In this document: piece by piece, positions 1-5,304 of the stretch
Numbering within the stretch: the stretch's first letter is position 1
Layout of the letters: each line of letters begins with the position of its first letter
Source of the DNA: a virus
Taxonomy: Duplodnaviria; Caudoviricetes
DNA length: 32,010 nucleotides
IMG/VR virus record: IMGVR_UViG_3300030098_004861
Location: 1 to 32,010 of that record
Direction: 5' to 3' (one strand)
Notes under the pieces: model-generated
The model's input: only the letters and a program-made list of their open reading frames with translations
Told to the model about the DNA's origin: nothing
The model's database searches: none
Position numbers and translations under genes: made by a program

Positions 1-8
1 GAAGATTA

Positions 9-173
9 ATGGAACAAATGTATACACGACATGGTAGAAGTCCTGTAAGTAGTAAACATTTAGAAGCCCTCAATCGTCTCTATGATGCATACAATCAACC
101 AGACAATTCAGAGGGAGATAGAAGATTTTATTGGGCAAAGATTCAACAGTTAACTAATAGTCTAACAGAGTAA
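9..173 (+). CDS. small hypothetical phage protein (54 aa from ATG 9; frame is open to the window edge, so it may be 5'-truncated)
   Basis: Manual translation MEQMYTRHGRSPVSSKHLEALNRLYDAYNQPDNSEGDRRFYWAKIQQLTNSLTE*, TAA at 171-173. The next ATG follows at 175. Below the ORF-track size cutoff. Confidence 0.6.
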   Translation: MEQMYTRHGRSPVSSKHLEALNRLYDAYNQPDNSEGDRRFYWAKIQQLTNSLTE

Positions 174-174
174 T

Positions 175-330
175 ATGTGGAAAGATTATTCAGAACCGAA
201 ACAGCATTGGAGTGATAAACAGTGGATAGATTACTGCTCAATTCATATGCATAACCCACACATAAATGAAGAGGAAAGAGAATATTATAAGGAGAAATAT
301 ACTGATCTAATTAATAAGAATAAATGGTAA
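175..330 (+). CDS. small hypothetical cyanophage protein (51 aa)
   Basis: Manual translation MWKDYSEPKQHWSDKQWIDYCSIHMHNPHINEEEREYYKEKYTDLINKNKW*. Starts 1 nt after the previous stop and shares a C-terminal motif with it. Confidence 0.65.
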   Translation: MWKDYSEPKQHWSDKQWIDYCSIHMHNPHINEEEREYYKEKYTDLINKNKW

Positions 331-506
331 GTTTTCCACAGTTCTTGTTAGTTTCTGTGGAAAACTATTGTAATTAGTGTTATTTTGGTCTAATAAATAG
401 CAAATTAAATATATGTATGTTTTCTAAACGTTTTCCACAAGTTGTTATAAATGTAGTGTAATATCTGTGGAAAAGGTGTTAATTAGTGTGGAAATTGTGT
501 TGATAA
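330..506. repeat. cluster of DnaA-box-like 9-mers (TTTTCCACA) in two inverted pairs within a duplicated ~50-60 bp unit
   Basis: Exact TTTTCCACA at 332-340 (+), 356-364 (-), 431-439 (+) and 466-474 (-). One-mismatch copies at 487-495 (-, ATTTCCACA) and 498-506 (-, TTATCAACA). 12-bp perfect inverted repeat 330-341/355-366. TAATTAGTGT follows each pair (371-380, 480-489). Confidence 0.85.
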
Positions 507-514
507 ATGATAGT

Positions 515-569
515 TCTTGTAGTGATCTTAGCGAGTCGATTATAACACGAACTCGCAAATATTACAAGA
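515..569. other. imperfect long inverted repeat / stem-loop overlapping the leftward promoter
   Basis: TCTTGTA 515-521 pairs with TACAAGA 563-569. GCGAGT 531-536 pairs with ACTCGC 551-556. CG 537-538 pairs with CG 548-549. Confidence 0.5.
539..567 (-). promoter_or_regulatory. putative sigma70-type promoter firing leftward into the DnaA-box cluster
   Basis: Minus strand reads TTGTAA (567-562), 17 nt, TATAAT (544-539), with an extended -10 TG. Confidence 0.55.
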
Positions 570-644
570 CCCTCGGTAATATTTTTTATGTCTATCTTCA
601 TTTCATAATATAAGAAGAATAGTACATAAATATGCATACAGTTA

Positions 645-673
645 TTGACAACAACTCTCTAGTATGTTATGAT
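645..673 (+). promoter_or_regulatory. sigma70-type (early) promoter
   Basis: TTGACA 645-650, 17 nt, TATGAT 668-673, with extended -10 TG at 665-666. Confidence 0.75.
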
Positions 674-703
674 AACTCAGTAACACTTACACAGGCTAAT
701 TCC

Positions 704-877
704 ATGTCAGTTCTTTACAATCAACAGACAAAGAGTAAGTATAGAATAACCCTAGAATTAGAAACACTAAGTGACTTTAATCCACATGATATTAGCTGGG
801 AGAAAGTATTTGAATTACAAGACAATGAGACATGCCAAAGTGTTATCGAAGACATGAGTAATCCTGTCAGTTGGTAA
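704..877 (+). CDS. small acidic hypothetical cyanophage protein (57 aa)
   Basis: ORF-track ORF 632..877. The start was moved to ATG 704 because the promoter at 645-673 lies inside the upstream extension. MSVLYNQQTKSKYRITLELETLSDFNPHDISWEKVFEL... Confidence 0.7.
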   Translation: MSVLYNQQTKSKYRITLELETLSDFNPHDISWEKVFELQDNETCQSVIEDMSNPVSW

Positions 878-890
878 TTACTTAAGACCG

Positions 891-922
891 ACAGTTTGCT
901 CAGTGTTATTGTTACAAACTGT
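891..922. other. 8-bp inverted repeat (possible terminator stem or operator)
   Basis: ACAGTTTG 891-898, 16 nt, CAAACTGT 915-922. Lies just after the stop at 877 and just before the -35 at 934. No strong U-tract follows. Confidence 0.35.
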
Positions 923-933
923 GTGGTTGCTAT

Positions 934-963
934 TTGACAGTTATGGCACGAATATGCTATAAT
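934..963 (+). promoter_or_regulatory. consensus sigma70-type promoter with no ORF directly downstream
   Basis: TTGACA 934-939, 18 nt, TATAAT 958-963, with extended -10 (TGcTATAAT). Confidence 0.75.
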
Positions 964-1168
964 TGTTATATGCGTATGGACAGTATTATGCGTCGTTCGT
1001 TGATGCCGTGCCGTGGGGCGTTGCCGTTTATAAAAAAGGAAGAGACCCTAACCTACAGAGGTGACAGATCGAGTTGTATATAAAAAAACCGCCAAAAATT
1101 TTCTCAGGTAAAAACCCCTTTCAAAACCTTTTTAGCTAATATATAATAATAAGTGAAAACGACTACTT

Positions 1169-1399
1169 ATGTACGACGAAACCACCTATCATATCTACGC
1201 ACAAGATCGATGTCTTTATGCAAATCTCCCTGAAGAAGAGTTTGAATGTACATGGGAGATGTTAAAGGTAATGGTTGGTTTACTCAAGACAGATTATACG
1301 GAATCAGATTTATCATATATTAAACTAGGAGCAAAGTGCGGCGTTGGTGGGCCAGGTAGGGTTCTCCCAACTCCTATGTGGGAAGAAGATTCATATTGA
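1169..1399 (+). CDS. hypothetical cyanophage protein (76 aa)
   Basis: ORF track; acidic; N-terminal motif YHIYAQDRCLYANLPEEEF. Confidence 0.7.
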   Translation: MYDETTYHIYAQDRCLYANLPEEEFECTWEMLKVMVGLLKTDYTESDLSYIKLGAKCGVGGPGRVLPTPMWEEDSY

Positions 1400-1424
1400 C
1401 AACTATATACAGAGATGTTATAAT
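1396..1424 (+). promoter_or_regulatory. consensus sigma70-type (early) promoter for the glycosyltransferase-like gene
   Basis: TTGACA 1396-1401, 17 nt, TATAAT 1419-1424, with TG at 1416-1417. 24 nt upstream of ATG 1449. Confidence 0.8.
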
Positions 1425-1448
1425 TGAGATGAAATTTCAATCAATGCT

Positions 1449-2231
1449 ATGGCAAAAGGATTTACAGTAAAAACTGTTCCACCCAAACCCAAGAAGAAAC
1501 AAGACGAATGGGATATTGCAGCTATTAAGGAGAGATGGAAAGGAAAGAAGATTGTATTCTGTCTTCCAGGTAGAGGAGTATCATACATTTACTTAAAGAA
1601 TTTTGTACAACTATGTTTTGACATGGTACAGAATGGAATGAGTATTCAGATCTCACAAGACTACTCTTCTATGGTAAACTTTGCACGTTGTAAAGTATTA
1701 GGTGCAAATGTTCTTCGTGGTCCTAATCAGATACCTTGGGATGGTAAACTAGAATATGATTACCAACTTTGGATTGACTCGGATATTGTCTTTGATACTA
1801 ACAAGTTCTGGCAATTATGTGACCTTGCATTACCTGCTGAAGGAACAGAAGAGCGTCCTATATCTGCTGGTTGGTATGCTACAGAGGATGGGCAAACTAC
1901 ATCTGTCGCACATTGGTTAGAAGAAGATGATTTCCGTAAGAATGGTGGAGTCATGAATCACGAAACAGTGGAGTCGATCAGCAAACGTCGCAAGCCTTTC
2001 ACTGTAGATTACACAGGTTTTGGTTGGGTAATGATCAAAAATGGTGTATTTGAAGACGAAAAGATGACATATCCTTGGTTCGCACCTAAAATGCAACAGT
2101 TTGAGTCTGGAGCAGTACAAGATATGTGCGGAGAAGACGTTAGTTTCTGTTTAGATGCCATTGATGCAGGTTATGATATCTGGTGTGACCCTCGAATACG
2201 TGTTGGTCACGAAAAAACTCGTGTTATTTAA
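1449..2231 (+). CDS. conserved cyanomyophage protein with GT-A fold glycosyltransferase-like motifs
   Basis: KIVFCLPG first strand, YDYQLWIDSDIVF (DxD), VDYTGFGWVMIK..VFE, GEDVSFC and IWCDPRIRVGH, as in GT2-like/GT-A enzymes. Lys-rich N-terminus MAKGFTVK. Confidence 0.75.
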   Translation: MAKGFTVKTVPPKPKKKQDEWDIAAIKERWKGKKIVFCLPGRGVSYIYLKNFVQLCFDMVQNGMSIQISQDYSSMVNFARCKVLGANVLRGPNQIPWDGKLEYDYQLWIDSDIVFDTNKFWQLCDLALPAEGTEERPISAGWYATEDGQTTSVAHWLEEDDFRKNGGVMNHETVESISKRRKPFTVDYTGFGWVMIKNGVFEDEKMTYPWFAPKMQQFESGAVQDMCGEDVSFCLDAIDAGYDIWCDPRIRVGHEKTRVI

Positions 2232-2236
2232 CCGAC

Positions 2237-2389
2237 GTGTCTCGTAAAAAGTACCAAATTGTCCATAAGGGACATAAAATTCACCAAAATTTGAGTATTG
2301 AGGAGTGTGCTCAGATTTTAGATGAGTTATCAACAGATTTTTACGAAAATAAACTTGATCCAAATGAACTAAAAGTGGAGGAATCTTAA
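2237..2389 (+). CDS. small hypothetical protein (50 aa, GTG start), missed by the ORF track
   Basis: Manual translation MSRKKYQIVHKGHKIHQNLSIEECAQILDELSTDFYENKLDPNELKVEES*. Fills the gap between flanking genes (5-nt and 2-nt spacers). Confidence 0.65.
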   Translation: MSRKKYQIVHKGHKIHQNLSIEECAQILDELSTDFYENKLDPNELKVEES

Positions 2390-2391
2390 AA

Positions 2392-2532
2392 ATGCCGATG
2401 AGAAGTGCTATCGGAGGTGAAATTGTCGAAGCCGTACCGAAAAAAACTCGTCAAGGAAGAGGAAAACACACGAAATATGCCGCCTCCTCTCGAAATAAAG
2501 CAAAAAAACGCACGAGAGGTCAAGGAAAGTAA
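2392..2532 (+). CDS. small highly basic hypothetical protein (46 aa), missed by the ORF track
   Basis: MPMRSAIGGEIVEAVPKKTRQGRGKHTKYAASSRNKAKKRTRGQGK*. RBS GGAGGA at 2377-2382. Confidence 0.75.
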   Translation: MPMRSAIGGEIVEAVPKKTRQGRGKHTKYAASSRNKAKKRTRGQGK

Positions 2533-2551
2533 AAAGTGAGTGGATAAGGTG

Positions 2552-2558
2552 CTAAATA
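2552..2558 (+). promoter_or_regulatory. T4-type late promoter (-10 only)
   Basis: CTAAATA about 22 nt upstream of gp25; a variant of the gp55-dependent TATAAATA. Confidence 0.55.
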
Positions 2559-2580
2559 AAGTTATATTTGCTAAGTAATA

Positions 2581-2982
2581 GTGCCTGTCCAACGTATAAG
2601 TAAGTCATTTAAGGACATTAGTATGTCTTTTCAGGTTAATCCTTTAACCAATGACCTTATTGCGATTAAAAATGCAACAGCTATTGCTCGTTCTCTTAGG
2701 AATTTGGTTCTTACCACTCCTGGAGAACGTTTTTTTAATGAAAACTTGGGATCACAAGTCAATAATCTCTTATTTGAGAACGTTGATGACATTACAGCGA
2801 TGTCTGTAAGGTCAGAAATCATCAGTGTTATCGAAAATTATGAACCAAGAGTTAAATTAATTAGAGTTAGTGTGAATGCTAACATTGATAGCTATAATAT
2901 GGACGTATTAATTGTTTATGAAGTCGTTGGAATTGATATCCCACCCCAAGAATTGTCATTTGTGCTAATACCAACAAGATAA
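2581..2982 (+). CDS. gp25: baseplate wedge subunit gp25
   Basis: GTG start. FKDISMSF, AIARSLRNLVLTTPGERFFN..LGS..NLLFE and IENYEPRV are gp25/GPW motifs; lies before gp6. Confidence 0.92.
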   Translation: MPVQRISKSFKDISMSFQVNPLTNDLIAIKNATAIARSLRNLVLTTPGERFFNENLGSQVNNLLFENVDDITAMSVRSEIISVIENYEPRVKLIRVSVNANIDSYNMDVLIVYEVVGIDIPPQELSFVLIPTR

Positions 2983-5268
2983 ATGCCATTAGTTAACTTT
3001 ACTAATCTGGATTTTGACCAGATTAAGGTATCGATAAAAGATTATCTCAGAGCCAACTCCAAATTTACGGATTATGACTTTGAAGGATCTAATTTATCCT
3101 CAATTATTGATATACTTGCCTATAATACGTATATCACCTCCTACAATGCCAACATGGTATCGAATGAGGTGTTCCTGGATAGTGCTACATTACGGGAAAA
3201 TGTAGTTTCATTGATACAAAATATTGGATATTTGCCTAGATCAAGAAGAGCAGCAAGAGTTAATATTTCATTTTACGTAGATACCTCAGGATACTCTTCA
3301 CAACCTCAAAATATTAAATTAAGTAGAGGAATAGTAGCAACTACAACTGCATTTGCAAACGAAAGTTATACCTTCTGTTCATTAGATAATATTACAAGAC
3401 CAGTTAATAATAATAGAGCATTATTCAGTAATATTGAACTTCTTGAAGGAACATATATTACTACTAACTTTACAGTAGATTCTTATGATCCAAAACAACG
3501 ATTTATTCTTCCAAATAGTGGAATTGATACAACTACTATTAAAGTTACAATAAAACCTTCTAGAAACTCAAATACAAGTAGAATTTATAATCAAACAGGT
3601 GCTGTAACGAGTTGTCATGGACATTATACAACAAATCAGACTCTTTTTGAAGTAAATAGTGAATCAGCCATCTATTGGATACAAGAAATAGAAGGAGAAA
3701 GGTATGAATTGATCTTTGGAGATGGTATTTTTGGTAAAAAACTTGAAGCACCTAGTTATATTGAAGTTTCTTATGTGGTATGTAGTGGAGCAGATGGAAA
3801 TGGAATAAATGCTCTTAGTTTTAGTGGAGTATTAACTGATGGTAGAGCTGGTGGAATTGCATTAACCTCTGGTATTTCTCTACTTAACGTCACAGGAGGT
3901 GGTCAAGGTACTGGTGGAACTGGTGGTACTGGTACTGGTGGAACTGGTACTGGTGGTCGTAATAGAGGGTCTTTTGGAGGTGCTCCTATTGAAGATATAA
4001 ACTCTATTAAGAAATATGGTCCAAGAGTTTATGCATCACAGAACAGAGCCGTTACTGCTGACGATTATGAAGCATTAATTCCTAATGTATTCCCTGAAAC
4101 CGAAGCTATTTCATGTTATGGGGGAGAAGAATTGAGTCCTCCTCGATTTGGAAAGGTTTATTGTGCTGTAAAACCTGCAAATGGTAATTATTTGTCAAAT
4201 GCACTTAAAGAAAACCTTAAAAATACAGTTAGAAAGTACAATGTAGGTGGAATTGACTTAGAACTGACAGATTTAAAATATTTGTACATAGAACCAGACA
4301 TAAATGCATATTATAATTGCAATTTAGGGAAATCTATTGAGGATATTATAAATGCAATAATAAATGCTATTGCAGAATATATTAATAGTGGAGATTTAGG
4401 TAAATTCGGAGCAACTTTTAATTTTAGTAAATTCCAATGTATGATTGATGGTGCTGATCCATCTATTACTTCTAATATTACTTCCATAAGGATCAGAAGG
4501 GATCTGAGAGTGGCGTTAAATAGTTTTGCGGAATACGAATTATGTTTTGGAAATTGCATGTTTGTTAAAAACTGCAAAGGCCATAATATTAGAACTACTG
4601 GATTCCATGTTTCAGGGATACAAGGAATGGTATACCTCTCAGACAAACCAAATGAAAATGATCATTCCAAAGGAACAATGTTCTTGTTTAGATTAATGTC
4701 ACCAACTCAAGCTGACATTGTAAAACAAAATGTAGGTACTATTGATTATGAACATGGAGAAATTAAATTAGCTCCTATTAATATTGTAGATACTGATGTT
4801 TATTATGATTTTCCTGTGATTGAGTTTGATTCAGTTCCTTGTTCTAATAATGTACAGGGATTACATGATCTCTATTTACAACTAGGAAATGGTAATGGTG
4901 ATGATGGAAGTGGAAATGGAAGTGGTATTGATATAAATGCTGCTTGTGACACTGAAGATCCTGCTGATAACTATGGTGGTAATGAGTTAGTTCGTGGTAC
5001 ACCTCATTTTGGATGTAATACCGATGGAACTGTGACTACAACGAGTGAAACCGTTAATAATCCTGATGGTTCATATACCACAACAACCACATCAGCAGGA
5101 AGAACAGAGACTGTTACATACTATCCTGATGGACGTACAACCATGCAAGTTACACAAGCAACAATTGCAAATGAAGGAGGAGTAACGACGATGGGTGCAA
5201 CTACAGGAACTCCTACAACTGCCACAGGAGGTGGTGGAATGACTGGAGGAGGCGGTGGTGGATACTAA
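2983..5268 (+). CDS. gp6: baseplate wedge subunit gp6 (with Gly/Thr-rich insert and C-terminal extension)
   Basis: LDFDQIK..IKDYL, FTDYDFEGSNLS..IDILAYNTY, E.FLDSATLRENVVS, YELIFGDGIFGK and QNRAVTADDY are gp6 motifs. Confidence 0.93.
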   Translation: MPLVNFTNLDFDQIKVSIKDYLRANSKFTDYDFEGSNLSSIIDILAYNTYITSYNANMVSNEVFLDSATLRENVVSLIQNIGYLPRSRRAARVNISFYVDTSGYSSQPQNIKLSRGIVATTTAFANESYTFCSLDNITRPVNNNRALFSNIELLEGTYITTNFTVDSYDPKQRFILPNSGIDTTTIKVTIKPSRNSNTSRIYNQTGAVTSCHGHYTTNQTLFEVNSESAIYWIQEIEGERYELIFGDGIFGKKLEAPSYIEVSYVVCSGADGNGINALSFSGVLTDGRAGGIALTSGISLLNVTGGGQGTGGTGGTGTGGTGTGGRNRGSFGGAPIEDINSIKKYGPRVYASQNRAVTADDYEALIPNVFPETEAISCYGGEELSPPRFGKVYCAVKPANGNYLSNALKENLKNTVRKYNVGGIDLELTDLKYLYIEPDINAYYNCNLGKSIEDIINAIINAIAEYINSGDLGKFGATFNFSKFQCMIDGADPSITSNITSIRIRRDLRVALNSFAEYELCFGNCMFVKNCKGHNIRTTGFHVSGIQGMVYLSDKPNENDHSKGTMFLFRLMSPTQADIVKQNVGTIDYEHGEIKLAPINIVDTDVYYDFPVIEFDSVPCSNNVQGLHDLYLQLGNGNGDDGSGNGSGIDINAACDTEDPADNYGGNELVRGTPHFGCNTDGTVTTTSETVNNPDGSYTTTTTSAGRTETVTYYPDGRTTMQVTQATIANEGGVTTMGATTGTPTTATGGGGMTGGGGGGY
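3895..3957 (+). repeat. in-frame low-complexity tandem repeat of GGT/GGA/ACT codons encoding GGGQGTGGTGGTGTGGTGTGG
   Basis: ggaggtggtcaaggtactggtggaactggtggtactggtactggtggaactggtactggtggt read directly. Confidence 0.8.
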
Positions 5269-5304
5269 CTTTTATATTCTTACTAAGATTAACATATACA
5301 AAAA

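Noticed and set aside
330-506. CRISPR-like or mini-array interpretation of the repeats
   Set aside because: The repeats are only 9-12 bp, alternate in orientation and have irregular spacers; no cas genes are present.
632-703. ORF-track N-terminal extension of the 632..877 ORF
   Set aside because: It overlaps a consensus promoter (645-673), so ATG 704 is the more plausible start.
778-2546. Isolated one-mismatch DnaA-box-like 9-mers (778-786, 2327-2335, ~2538-2546)
   Set aside because: Single degenerate matches are expected by chance in AT-rich DNA, and two of them lie within coding sequence.
1760-2822. Minus-strand ORFs 1760-1954, 1917-2120, 2151-2363, 2386-2592 and 2631-2822
   Set aside because: They are antisense shadows of convincing + strand genes, including the two small ORFs found manually, and show no recognisable motifs.
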